A stretch of DNA of 63,219 nucleotides, the filler included, from Lenisia limosa (lineage: Eukaryota; Protista; Breviatea), in NCBI GenBank assembly GCA_001655205.1. It is 20 parts of 20 records of this genome, joined end to end, with 100 filler letters (N's around TTAATTAATTAA, not from the genome) between each part and the next. Parts side by side here need not be neighbours in the genome. Positions count along the whole stretch, not along the records: positions 10,910 to 15,421 come from LPNZ01011289.1; positions 15,522 to 17,456 come from LPNZ01008669.1; positions 17,557 to 20,517 come from LPNZ01009295.1; positions 20,618 to 22,062 come from LPNZ01002686.1; positions 22,163 to 26,928 come from LPNZ01007982.1; 15 more parts are not named here. One strand, 5' to 3'. The notes below the pieces were generated by a model. It saw only the letters and a program-made list of their open reading frames with translations. It made no database searches and had not been told where the DNA came from. A program made the translations under genes and the position numbers. Of the stretch, positions 12,184 to 24,260 are shown piece after piece; the first letter of the stretch is position 1; every line of letters starts with the position of its first letter.

Positions 12184-14281
12184 TCAGGTGACAAGGGGGT
12201 CTTCATTTGGCTCTTCAACTGTCGGCTGACTGGGAGGACTCGGCTGGTTTCCTTGCTGGATATGTCAAAAATGAATGGGTTTACTATGTTGATGCTATGA
12301 TGGGTAAATACGTTCACACACGAAGAAAGCTGTACAGGGGTGTACTAGCCTGTTATATTTTGAGAGCTTCATAGAATTATTTGTAGCGATCCCCATGTTC
12401 TCCTCACAAATGTATTTTCTGAGAAACAATGGCCATTGGAAGGGAGTTGTAAGACTCCCACCATTAATACCCCCCCCCCCACATTAAACTGCACTGAGTA
12501 GCCACCAGTCTTGGGGTCTTGGACTGTTTGGAAGTTGTCTGTTGAAAGGCCAAACTTTCCCAGGAACATATTACCCAGGTCTTTGAGTTTGCCTGGAAGG
12601 TGAGGGAATAAACTCCTCCTCAGCAGTTTCAATTCCAGACTTCGGGGTTTTGTACTTACAACATGCATAGGGCTTCACTTCGGTTCAAAATAAGACTGAA
12701 TGTCTCGATAAATCCTCGAAAACTATCGATATTTTAGTGTTCTTTTTCGAACCGAAGTGAAACCCTTGCATCCCCACAAACCCATAACTTCATCTTTTTG
12801 CTGCTCCTGATAGGCCTTATACTCGGATTCAGTGGTCTTTAAGCCAGTTTTACCCTCAGTATTTTTTGGGTCTTGTTCGTTCACTATCGTGTAGTCTGCA
12901 AATGAATGTCATTTTTAAGGACAGAAAAAAAAAATATCCGGGTACACAAATGCAGCAGCAAAAAGAGAGGGCTCATTGACTCATATTACTTTGTGCTCTT
13001 GAACAGTGGGTGCTCTTGAACACATTTTACAAGCTTGACTTAGGTTGTCATACATATCAAATACTACTCTGTATTATACATAGTTAACAATACAATATCA
13101 CACTAACTCTAATAGATTACGTTAGCATACAGTGACTTTGGTAAGTCTTGCCCCACAAAATCAGATTTCTCTTCAGAAAAATTGATAAAGACATATCATG
13201 GTAGGTGTAAACGGTAATTTGCCTTAAGTGGCATCCTATCCCCCTCGTCATCCAAGTATAGTCTCCATAAAAACATCCCAAATCACCATCAATTGCCAGT
13301 TGGTACTGTTTCGTCGAATGATATGCCTTCGCTCGTCTCAATCTAGCCTAAAGAGTCACCATCATATCACTTTTGATCATTATCACGTGCATATCCACTC
13401 TTGTAATAATTGAACCACAAGTGGTAAATATTCAACAGTTTTCAGACAAGTACACGAACCTTAATATAATCTTCTTGAATATCGAGGGCTTTGGTTGCAT
13501 TTTCAATAACCTGATTGATGCGGGTAAAATTGTTTAACAGTGAATGATAGATCAAAATGAAAAAAATGAATTAATAAAACTGCAAGATGCTTTTTAACCA
13601 AAACAACACGCTTGTGTACCAGCCAGGTTAACTATTATGTATTTAAAATAGCACTTTAAATTCAGTTTTCGAGAAGGCTCTCGTCACAAAAGATGATTGT
13701 ATTTCTTGAATATCGATATTGTCCTGGTCTCTTTCGGCAAACATTTTGAAAATACCCGGCCAACCCCCAACATTATCATAGTTCTCAAGCTTCAAATGGC
13801 ATGCAGCCGCATTCGCATGACAAGCTGCAATTTCAGGAACCTCAGTTTCAGCACCCTGGGAGGGGGGGGGGGTGAAGAATGAGCATATGAAGCAGCAAGC
13901 AAAAACACAAAACGTAAACCTCAACATCATCCCATGCAAACCTCAACAAGAGCAACCGCTTCTTCGTAGCTCTCAATTGCCTTTTCGTATTCTTTAGCAA
14001 CAAATCGGATGTTCCCCTCCTTCTTCAACGCCAATACTGCGTCCTAGTTTGTTAGTACGACGCTGAATTCAAGAAATGTGTTGATGAAGTTTGTGAATGA
14101 GGAAAGCAGCGAGGCCAAAAATCACCTATATTCATCAATATCAATACTCCTCGAAATATATTAGTTTAGTGAAGAACTTAAGTAAAAATAGCCAATAGTG
14201 CCAAAGAACTGAGCGAGAGGATCATACCAAAAGACTGGATTCGGTGCATTCGGCCTCTTCAACTTCTTCTATAACTGCCAT
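12184..14281 (-). CDS. TTC1: Tetratricopeptide repeat protein 1 (apparently complete, about 8 exons)
   Basis: MAVIEEVEE...|DAVLALKKEGNIRFVAKEYEKAIESYEEA|...CHANAAACHLKLENYDN|VIENATKALDIQEDYIK|ARLRRAKAY...|...GKLKDLGNMFLGKFGLSTDNFQTVQDPKTGGYSVQFN: TPR motifs plus the diagnostic TTC1 C-terminal motif. Confidence 0.88.
12668..12766. mobile_element. MITE family A copy in a TTC1 intron
   Basis: TAGGGCTTCACTTCGGTTCAAAA ... TTTTTCGAACCGAAGTGAAACCCT. Confidence 0.8.
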
Positions 14282-14506
14282 TATTACTGTTTCGACTAAG
14301 GCGGTACAAAAAGGCCACCAACGGCGGTCAGAAACGGCGAAAAGAGCAAGTGTATATACCCTCCCATGAGACCATATATAAATAAGATTTGTTTTTTGAA
14401 GAATCGTATTTTAAATCATTAAATAATCAAAGTTAGCCATATATTTGAGTAGAACAGCTACTTTCAGAGGGGAACGCTGCGTCCAATCTCTTCGTTTTAG
14501 TCAAAA

Positions 14507-15421
14507 TGGATGATGTGGCGGTGGGAAAGCCTACAAACGGGCGGATATTAATGATGTAGGTCGTTAACGTGGCATTTGAACAACAGTCAATCCGGCTTGA
14601 GATCGAAGAGTTGGCTACCATCAAAGGTGAGTTCCCCCTTCGCCTCTTCGACTTGGAAATTGGGATATCATAGGAATATTAACCCCAAAATTTAGATCTC
14701 CTCCATTTGGCGGCCAGTTACTTCAATATTCCTCGAGTTAGGAACCTAACCTGCCGTCTCTATGTTCAAGGACAAGGTTGGTAGAAATCAGGTGTTTATT
14801 ACAGATATGCCACCGATACACATGAGAGTGTATTAAAGACAAATTTAAAGGGCGTTTCAAAGTCCTTTCTTTTTCTTCTGGAACTCACAACTGGCTCTAA
14901 TCACGGAGTGTTGCCTCTTTCTCTCGTTTACTCGAGTGTTGTTATGTTGGAGTTGTGGCTGATATTTTGTTTACATATTTTGTGGAACGTAGCAAGATCA
15001 AGATTATTATTGCTAAAATGCCAGCATTGTACACCATCTCAATTGCTGCTTGATACTCTTGGGTGCTTGTTGTGCGTATTTGTTTCGTTGCTCTTCCTGA
15101 AACCTTTAAATAAGGCTACTCTGGCAAATAATCACGATTCTTTGAGAGTCCTTACACTGCTATGTTTGTTTTTATCATAAAACAATCGTTTGACCAAACT
15201 ACCCTATTTTTTTTTGAGATTTTCTAAGTCGACCTGTATATGCATATATTCCGCAACAGTATTGAGCTGAGTACAGATTTCTCTTCTAAACTTGAGGTGT
15301 GCAATGTTTTCACATTTCTGCACATTTCACCAGAACTCACCCTCTCAGAGCCTGAGACCCTCAGCAATCATGATATGCCCGCTTTGCTTTTGGCAGCCCT
15401 CCCAGACGAGAACCTTGCACA
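14507..15421 (+). CDS. Possible 5' part of a hypothetical gene divergent from TTC1
   Basis: ATG at 14507, then GT-AG exons MDDVA|VVNVAFEQQSIRLEIEELATIK|DFSSKLE. The downstream frame is uncertain. Confidence 0.35.
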
Positions 15422-16103
15422 NNNNNNNNNNNNNNNNNNNNNNNNNNNNNNNNNNNNNNNNNNNNTTAATTAATTAANNNNNNNNNNNNNNNNNNNNNNN
15501 NNNNNNNNNNNNNNNNNNNNNTTTTCACAGGATTTTTTTTCTGAATCTTACCCTCTTTTAGTGTTAAGAAACAAAAATTTGCACTCCTCGGAGTATTTGT
15601 TTCCGGGTTCCACTTTACTTTGGCTATGTAATGGTGAATTTTGAGAGAAAATTGCTCAAAATAGCACTGTCTACAAGGGTAAACTTTCCCGGATAGTTGC
15701 CATTAATTCCTTGAATGTGGCCTTTTATAACGGTTTTTGCTTGTTTTTGACAGTATTTGGACCATNNNNNNNNNNNNNNNNNNNNNNNNNNNNNNNNNNN
15801 NNNNNNNNNNNNNNNNNNNNNNNNNNNNNNNNNNNNNNNNNNNNNNNNNNNNNNNNNNNNNNNNNNNNNNNNNNNNNNNNNNNNNNNNNNNNNNNNNNNN
15901 NNNNNNNNNNNNNNNNNNNNNNNNNNNNNNNNNNNNNNNNNNNNNNNNNNNNNNNNNNNNNNNNNNNNNNNNNNNNNNNNNNNNNNNNNNNNNNNNNNNN
16001 NNNNNNTATATATGCATACATGTCCGTTTCTTTAACAATAGTAGATACAAGTAAATTCTTGTATTATTCCTTGTCCCAAAATGTCACAATCTTCCTCCCA
16101 TAC

Positions 16104-16975
16104 TGTGCGAAGCTCTCGGGAAGAGCAAAATTCGGTCCTTCAACAACAATGCGCGGGGACACTGTCGGGGACACCTGAATGGTGTAAAAATAGGAAATAT
16201 GTGAAACAAAAAAAAAAAAACTCTGTTGGGGAGACCAGCCGGTGAAGGGGGAAGAAAATATATAAAACNNNNNNNNNNNNNNNNNNNNNNNNNNNNNNNN
16301 NNNNNNNNNNNNNNNNNNNNNNNNNNNNNNNNNNNNNNNNNNNNNNNNNNNNNNNNNNNNNNNNNNNNNNNNNNNNNNNNNNNNNNNNNNNNNNNNNNNN
16401 NNNNNNNNNNNNNNNNNNNNNNNNNNNNNNNNACCAAAAAAAAACAAAACAATCCAAAATCAACACTGTTTCCGCCGCATACATTGGGGCTGAAGATGAA
16501 CGACGGAATTTTATCCTCTGGCGCGCTGCTATGGGACTGTTCCACACCCAGGCCTGGCAGGGGGGCTTTCAGATTACCTAAGGGGGTCATGGGTGGTTGA
16601 TGTGAGTTAACCTCAAACAAAACAAAAAAGTCTTATGAATATCACTAGATACGGGTAAGGCTTCCCTTAGGTCCCAAAAAAATCACTTGATAAATCTCCG
16701 ATGAAAGATATTTCAACGGTTTTATTCAAACAAGTGATCAGATCACTAGAGATACAAAATAGCAATGAGAAATAAAAAATAAGGTTGTATCTGTCCACAC
16801 CATCACGCCTATAAGAGATAGTTACTTCGGTTCGAAAAAAGACGATCGATATTTTACTGGTCATAGACAGAGACCAACAAATAGCCAACCTTGTGACGGC
16901 GGGAGTAATGCTGGTGGAACAGCCGGAAATTCCTGGCCTGCAGGCGGAGCCGGAGAGCTTGAAACCACCAGGGGG
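16104..16975 (-). CDS. Pro/Ser-rich hypothetical protein (three phase-consistent exons)
   Basis: PLVVSSSPAPPAGQEFPAVPPALLPPSQ|GLGVEQSHSSAPEDKIPSFIFSPN|VSPTVSPRIVVEGPNFALPESFAQ with GT-AG boundaries. Confidence 0.55.
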
Positions 16976-17095
16976 CTGAAGGGTGAAATCAATGTTTAAA
17001 GCGGGGTGCGACAATTCTCATGGATTTCAAAAAAGATTTAGGGATGTCATCTTTTGATACGTTACGCAGTACAGTTGTCATCAGTCCAACTATAA

Positions 17096-17172
17096 ACGTA
17101 CAGCCACGCGATAAGTCCTGGCACGAATACAAGGCTCATCGTGTCAGGACTTATTGCGGCTTGTATGTTACG
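17096..17172. mobile_element. MITE family C-related palindrome
   Basis: CGCGATAAGTCCTGGCACGA ... TCGTGTCAGGACTTATTGCG (18/20 inverted match). Shares the ATAAGTCCTG core with 7496, 36031 and 57744. Confidence 0.6.
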
Positions 17173-17627
17173 CTCTCTTAACGCTTGATAGCCTGAAGTA
17201 ACCTTACATGTGGTTACGATGGTAGATGATAGTATTAGCTTTATGATAATAGGTGGGGGAACATGACCGTGTCCACTTTTTTAAAATTCTGGCCCGCGGC
17301 CCGGGTTGCCTTTTTGAAGACCCTTTTTCACAAGTACAGGTTGAATACTAACTCACTCGGACAAATTGTCTTAAATAGCCATCAACCTGAACTACCAAAT
17401 AGAAAGTTTCAGAAAAAACAGGCTTAGCCACATCGAGAACAAGTAAGCTACTTTCTNNNNNNNNNNNNNNNNNNNNNNNNNNNNNNNNNNNNNNNNNNNN
17501 TTAATTAATTAANNNNNNNNNNNNNNNNNNNNNNNNNNNNNNNNNNNNNNNNNNNNAGTTGATTTGGGCTCTTTTTGTTTCATTCATTTTACCATTATAC
17601 CCCCAACTCTGTTTTTACTAAATACAG

Positions 17628-19714
17628 GTACTTCAGGAAATCCCTTCGGCAAAATCCAAACAGCCGCCCAGAAACGACTGATCGAAAAAGAGGTGGGATG
17701 ATCAAGGTTATTGTTACTACAATGTGTATAGATAAAAATTAGTTTTGCAATTAGGGCTTCACTTAAGTCTGAAAAAAAATACTGAGTATCTCTAGAGTAA
17801 ACCCATCTTTTTTACCTATCTTTTTGGACAGTGGGGAAGCCCGAAAAACACCCCCAGGATAACCCCCCCCCNNNNNNNNNNNNNNNNNNNNNNNNNNNNN
17901 NNNNNNNNNNNNNNNNNNNNNNNNNNNNNNNNNNNNNNNNNNNNNNNNNNNNNNNNNNNNNNNNNNNNNNNNNNNNNNNNNNNNNNNNNNNNNNNNCCAC
18001 CTCTTCCAAGCCTGTTGCTGTATCAAGGTTGGGGGAGGTGACAGGATTTAGAGCTGTTTTGCTTTTCTTGTGCCCTTACAAAATACCGCAATAACCGTTT
18101 TAGAACTCCTTTTTCCTCGCAGTCTATTTTGGCGTCTATCCAGTCAAGGAAACTTGGTGGGGTTCACTTCACTACGGCGCATTGACTTGGGATAATTTGG
18201 AAACTCTTATTTACAAGAGGAACTCCAGATAATGATTTGGAAATCCACGGGATTCACAAATACTACAAGGTAACCCCAAATTGATGTGCCATAGTGATTG
18301 GGCAGTAGTGGGGCAGTTGGGAGTTTTTTTTTTTGAACAAGAGAAATAATATAATACATTAACAATCTTGGGAAACAAATAAATACATGGGGCGATTATA
18401 CTCTCATACTTTTTTGAGTGTCTGGGAGGGGGGGTGAAAATGGAGTACCCCCAACATATGGTCCTAATGTGTATTTGTTTCCCTTGTGTCTTGTATTCAA
18501 TACATTTTTTAAAAAACGCTTCACTGACTGTTTCAGAATCGGGAGCACATGAACTTGAGACTCCGATTCTAGAGGTTGGGGGGGGGGGCAGNNNNNNNNN
18601 NNNNNNNNNNNNNNNNNNNNNNNNNNNNNNNNNNNNNNNNNNNNNNNNNNNNNNNNAGAGATTACCCCACATTGCTCACTTGATTTTGATTTTCAGTACG
18701 AATAAAAATTGTGAAAGGAAAGCATGGCCTTCTTCATTCTTTGGTCCCCACCACCACCATAGTAGCAGCTGTAGAGCCTGGGTTTTGTTTTTTGTTGTTA
18801 TCAACCCTCGTGTGTAATCAGCCAACAGAGTTGATTTTGGGTCTTTTTTGTGTCAATAATTTTCCAAATTTACTAGATCCCCCCCCCCCCCNNNNNNNNN
18901 NNNNNNNNNNNNNNNNNNNNNNNNNNNNNNNNNNNNNNNNNNNNNNNNNNNNNNNNNGGACGAAATGATGTCGAGACTCTTCGAGATTCTGCAGAATGCA
19001 GGGTACCGTGGTGTTCCGAGCGACGTTATTGTCAATAATTTTGGGTAATTGGGATGGTGTACTACCTCCTCTTCCCCGCTGCTTCAAATAGTACAGCAAA
19101 TTACGTTCAAACTGTTTTGACTGATGCAAAATGTGGATTGCATTCATCTGTTTTGCTTCTGAACGGTCTTAACTTTTTTTTGTTTTGTTGTTGAACCCTT
19201 TTGTGTTTTGCAAATAACAGAGTCGATTCTGGGTTTTTAAGTGTCACACATTTCATTTTTGCTCTTCTGACCCATCAGTGGACTTAACCGTGACCAAACC
19301 ATCATTCTCAAGGAAATGCTTAACAAAGTAAGGGTTTAGATGTATCAGCGTGACTGTATTGCTATTTATCGGCTCTTTGTTTTTGAACCGATCCCTTCCC
19401 AACCAATCCGGATATCCAGATTGGTTGAAATACGTCTGGATCAGATCGGATGGATCGGAATTGGTTATAAATTGGAGCGTCGGATTTCATAGATCAGGAT
19501 AAATACTTCAGCGTGCTAATGCAGTTTATGTCGTATAATCCTTATGTATCGTTGTTAGCGTACAACCTTTTCGGCTTTTTTAGTGGAATTTTTTGGATGT
19601 TGACGGCTTCCACCAGATTCGATTTTCTGCTCTTTGTTAACTGCTCTGTAGATCGCTGACCTCGTCAACAAGAGAGGCAAGAAACTCTGGCAACTAAAAA
19701 GCAGCCTCGTGTAG
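17628..19714 (+). CDS. ERCC6: ERCC6/CSB (Rad26)-like C-terminus with winged-helix domain (partial)
   Basis: Exons give GTSGNPFGK..., SILASIQSRK... and DEMMSRLFEILQNAGYRGVPSDVIVNNFG|GLNRDQTIILKEMLNK|IADLVNKRGKKLWQLKSSLV*. This parallels CSB SSSLLAKMRAR and GQASTREILQEF..LS.SQSCVFRELLRNLC......GIWKLK. Confidence 0.62.
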
Positions 19715-20359
19715 CCACTCGGCACTTTGGAGCTTCCCTATAGGGTCTTCTCAGCTGCTCTTCTGATACTCTTTTTTTTGTGCGTGATGAGTGATCAATA
19801 GATGTTGTTTCAAGAGAATCAGGCTTTTAAACTGTTTCATGTTTCATATGACACACTACGGCGGGATCCGGAGGAAAATGTGACACGACTTCGTTCCCTG
19901 TCGACCCTAACAGACCACCCCAGTTCATGTGGTCTTCAAAATACGAGTAAGCAAACTCGCTTACGACAACCTAAATCATGGACAATCAGACTTTTCAAAT
20001 TTTGGGAGGGAGGAAAAAGGACCTGTTTTCTTTTTTGTAGATTACTCGTGTCACAAAATGCGCTCTTGTACAAAGCTTCTCTAACGTTGTGTGTGTGTGT
20101 GGTGATGGGAGTGATGGAGTATTAAGGGGGGGAGGGTAAATTGATTGGAAAATATATGAAACAAAAAAAGCCCATCAACTCTGTTGGCAAACAACAAAAC
20201 AAACAAAGCCCAGGCCAATCGCTTCCCAATCACTCCGGGTTATCGTAGACTGTCTTGCTGAAACTGAAAAGACCCAATGTGAAACAGGCAATAAATAGAC
20301 TCTTAGACACTCATAGACTACCGAAAAAAAAACGAAAAAATAAGAGAAACCAAACCGTA

Positions 20360-20493
20360 CTACTTCCTAGTTGTATAGCAATTGTAGCAGACGCGCTGAG
20401 CCTTGGGCATGTTCAGGTCGGGGAGGCGGACCTTATATTTGCTACAAGACGAGCAGACTACCTGGCGACAGCAACGACAATGATGTCGCCTTT
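20360..20493 (-). CDS. Terminal exon of a FYVE zinc-finger protein
   Basis: RRHHCRCCRQVVCSSCSKYKVRLPDLNMPKAQRVCYNCYTTRK*: FYVE R+HHCR motif, paired CxxC and RVC. Confidence 0.88.
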
Positions 20494-22849
20494 CTGTGGA
20501 AGAATGAGAAATAAAATNNNNNNNNNNNNNNNNNNNNNNNNNNNNNNNNNNNNNNNNNNNNTTAATTAATTAANNNNNNNNNNNNNNNNNNNNNNNNNNN
20601 NNNNNNNNNNNNNNNNNGGGAGGGCTTGAATTGTCTCAAACCTTGAAAATTGTTCAACTTAAAGAATATGACGTTTAGTGTATTACCGATTTTGAGCCAT
20701 TTGCGACCCTATTCCCAGATTCCCGTTAGTTCCAAATATCATACACGACCTCGAAACAAAGAGCCAAGACCCCCTACCTCCCCTTGGAAACCAATAACAG
20801 ATCAGTCCTGATTTAGTAGCCAATTTTTTTTATCATATACATATCATATCTTGTTGGTATAGCTCTTTATGACGTTTGGGTACGACCATGCACAAGGCTG
20901 CTTCCTGGTATCGCTTAGAAGTACCAACTGGCTGGGGAGGAGAGGAACCGTTTCAATTTTGTAATTATATCATTGATCGAATATTCCCTGATTAAACCAC
21001 TTCGCTGAACTACTTCATTTTTTAATTTAGGTATTTTGAAATTCTTTCGTCAAATTGGCCCGTTTTTGGAACCTTGTGCGTGTTACCCTTTCAGAAGGGA
21101 GTGTTTCTATGTCTCATTAGCCAAAAAGAATATGACGTTTTGAGCCACCTGTGACCCTCTTTGTAGTTTACGGCAGTTCTATAATACTAACAACGACCTC
21201 GAAGCATAAGAGCTAGCACCCCGCCACCACCCCTTGGGTGCCTCGTTACTAGCCCAATTTTAATCATATCTTGGCTCTTAATGACGGNNNNNNNNNNNNN
21301 NNNNNNNNNNNNNNNNNNNNNNGCCTTTGGCTTTCTTTGCCGTCTCCATCAGATCAGCCAAGAATTTTTCCTGGGAGAGGGCGGTGTAAAAGTGGAAAAT
21401 TATAAAGCAAACAAGCCCAAACTATTTTAATAAAAATAAAGAAGAGCAGAAAATATTTATGTTTTCACGTACTTGGATTTTGAGGAGTTCGCCAAGGTTA
21501 CTGAACATCAAATCAACATCCTGAATTGTGAGAAATTATCAAATTCTCCATTCTAAAAATGGCTGGGTTTGCCATAATATACCTTGATAAATCCTCAATA
21601 AACCCCCGATAAACCCTAGATAAACGAATGTGAGAAAGGATCAAATTCTTGTCCAAAATGGCTCGACTGAGGTTGATTGGAGTTCCTGCAATAAGTATTT
21701 GGATGCCAGGCAGGGCATTGATTAGTCCTAGAAACTGAAGCGACTTCTCAACCATTTGGATGAAGAACGCCTAGCTGAGGCTGAGGACGGGATTTCCCTT
21801 GTTATGATCCATAAGAGTATCTCCTTCCTCCACAGAGTTCTTTTATGTTCAATTTACTCACCTCATCCACTAATAAGTATAGCAATGAGAAATAAAAAAT
21901 AAGGATGCATCNNNNNNNNNNTTTACAGTTTGTTTCAGTTACACAATTGTCTTTTTTTTGGGAAAGTGAAATCAAGGATCAAATATGCATCTAACCCCCA
22001 GGAGGAGATTGGAGCACAATTATATATGATATAGTACTAAATATATGCTATATGTTCATTTTNNNNNNNNNNNNNNNNNNNNNNNNNNNNNNNNNNNNNN
22101 NNNNNNTTAATTAATTAANNNNNNNNNNNNNNNNNNNNNNNNNNNNNNNNNNNNNNNNNNNNAACCCACGAGGGCTAATAACAAAACAAACAAAGCCCAG
22201 GCCATTCGCTACTGCAGCACTGCATCCCATCACTCCAGCGTACAAAATTGGAAAATTTATGAAACAAAGAAAGTTCAAAAAGGGTGGGTTGGAAATGCGT
22301 GTGATTGAGAGTGTATATCATACCGTCCATTTATCTGTGTTTTGTTCGATATTTGTGGGGAAAAAAATGATAATAGGTAAGTAGAAAAACACCTAAAAAT
22401 TTGCAACATAACCGTTAAATAAGCAAAGTCAATGTTCCCGATGATAATAAAAAAAGACACCTTTGTTTCGAAGAGAAAACAAAGAAAAAAAAAACGAAAA
22501 CTGGGGGGGGGGGGGGGNNNNNNNNNNNNNNNNNNNNNNNNNNNNNNNNNNNNNNNNNNNNNNNNNNNNNNNNNNNNNNNNNNNNNNNNNNNNNNNNNNN
22601 NNNNNNNNNNNNNTGACTCTTCCACCAATTCACCGCGAAACTTTTAAAAGAGCTTTTGATCGTTATAAAGCAGGTCTGTGTGTGTTGATGTGTTTTTTTT
22701 ACAATCAAGGAAAAGGAAACGACATCCATAACCTAGCACCAGGAAGGAAAACGAAAGAACAAATGAAGAGGAAACAGGAAACAGTCTCCAAAACAAAGAA
22801 ATGCATTCCGTTTGCCAATATTTCTGTTTTAACTCCACTAGAAAGAACT

Positions 22850-24260
22850 CAAAATTGACGCCAAGGTTGTTACTCATCTTTCTCAGCAGAATGGCTTGAA
22901 TTTAAAGAGAAGTAGTGCTTACACTTTGTTGAAGGATTCTCTGCATAAGTCATCCATGGACAGCAATCGTCAGAGAAAATACCAGGTAGGAAAAGTGGTT
23001 CGTAGTACTGGGTATTTGATGAGTTATTATTAATCAAATAAAAATGCTGGCGACAAAGCGTGTATGAATGGAAGTTGTTTTTTTGCAAGAGAATCCATCA
23101 TCTCAATATATCTATCAGCCTGTCGAGCCTAATTAGACAATTGTGGAAATGATGGTAAGAAAGTTCTACTGGATTTACTCCTTTTTATATCCTTATTTGA
23201 ATATCAACCAAGCTCTTTCTCCAATGCTTGAGGCCGTAAGAGCCAGCGCTATTGAAAGCTGTAGTGATCCTGTTATAATCAGTTTGCAATCGATTGAATC
23301 TATTGTTGAAAAGTCTCAAAAATCAAGGGCAATGAAGCTGCACGAGTTCTCTCTGTTGCCTACCTCGATTCTACCCCCGATGTGTCCCTTTCTCCAAGGC
23401 GAATACTGTTTTCAGATAAAACTACGTTCATGGGCATATTCTTTGGAGATTTTGAAGGAAACCCTCGAGTCTCATGTCTGACGGTCCTATCTCTTGCAGG
23501 TGAAATGGTGACAACTCATTATATACTGGGAGGTGACGAAATTTCAAGCAAGGCAATGGATAATCAAGAAAACGGCACCTCAAAACATCACGTTCAAATC
23601 TGCTTTGGATAGAATTGATGAATTGATGATCCTGGATGTGACCCCCAACATGTTTTCCCCATCTGTTGAAGTCATTGAAGGCGATGCTGAGTCGTTGTAC
23701 AAATGTGGAGGAGTATCAAATCCCGCAATGTTCTCAATACCTACCTATATTCAGGCCCATCGTCAAAAGTCTGTCAAGATGAGCAGCAGACCTTCAAATC
23801 CTTGTCTTGAAATGACAGACGGTCATAATATCCATTTATCTCCTGAGATAAGAAGGTGTTAATTAAATCCTCTCAATTTTCAGCTTTGTTTATTCTTCTT
23901 TCTTGTATTTGGAGTTCTTGTTGCTATAGAACCGTCCCTTACATCACAACATCTGCAAGTTGGTTCACACGTTTCTTAATTCATGTTATTTCAGTCCAAT
24001 GACTCTTATGTCCATGCCCACATGATAAGGGTCATGGTGGAAAAGATTCAAGAAATACGAAGAGTCGATGGAAATACGTCAGTTACCCTTATATCACATC
24101 ATCTATTTAGGTTGACCCAGGAAAAACTGGCTATGACAATGAGAGATGTTTTTTCATCAGTTTCTAAGGATGTCAATACCGCGTCTGTGAAGAAACGTGG
24201 ATTTTCATTATCCGGTTATCATCCCTTCTCCATTCCAAATATTGCATATTCTTATGGAAA
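22850..24260 (+). pseudogene. pogo/Tigger/Fot1-like DDE transposase, intron-containing, apparently decayed
   Basis: Motifs occur in the correct order: WIYSFL...LEAVRASA...DPVII (end of the Tc5/CENP-B HTH region), HE|RILFSDKTTF (D1), RVSCLTVLSLAGEMV, CLEMTDGHNIHLSPE (D2), EPSLTSQHLQ|SND (D3), VKKRGFSLSGYHPF. Introns 23346-23398 and 23959-23994 restore frame; two other frame changes remain unexplained. Confidence 0.7.

Noticed and set aside
18958-19714. TFIIF beta (GTF2F2) assignment for the winged-helix C-terminus
   Set aside because: There is partial similarity, but the insert GVPSDVIVNNFGGLNRDQ and the upstream SILASIQSRK fit the CSB C-terminus better. It is not fully excluded.
23425-23481. 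SWAYSLEILKETL as a Mutator (MULE) transposase motif
   Set aside because: It lies in the unspliced read-through frame. The spliced frame gives several ordered pogo/DDE_1 motifs instead.
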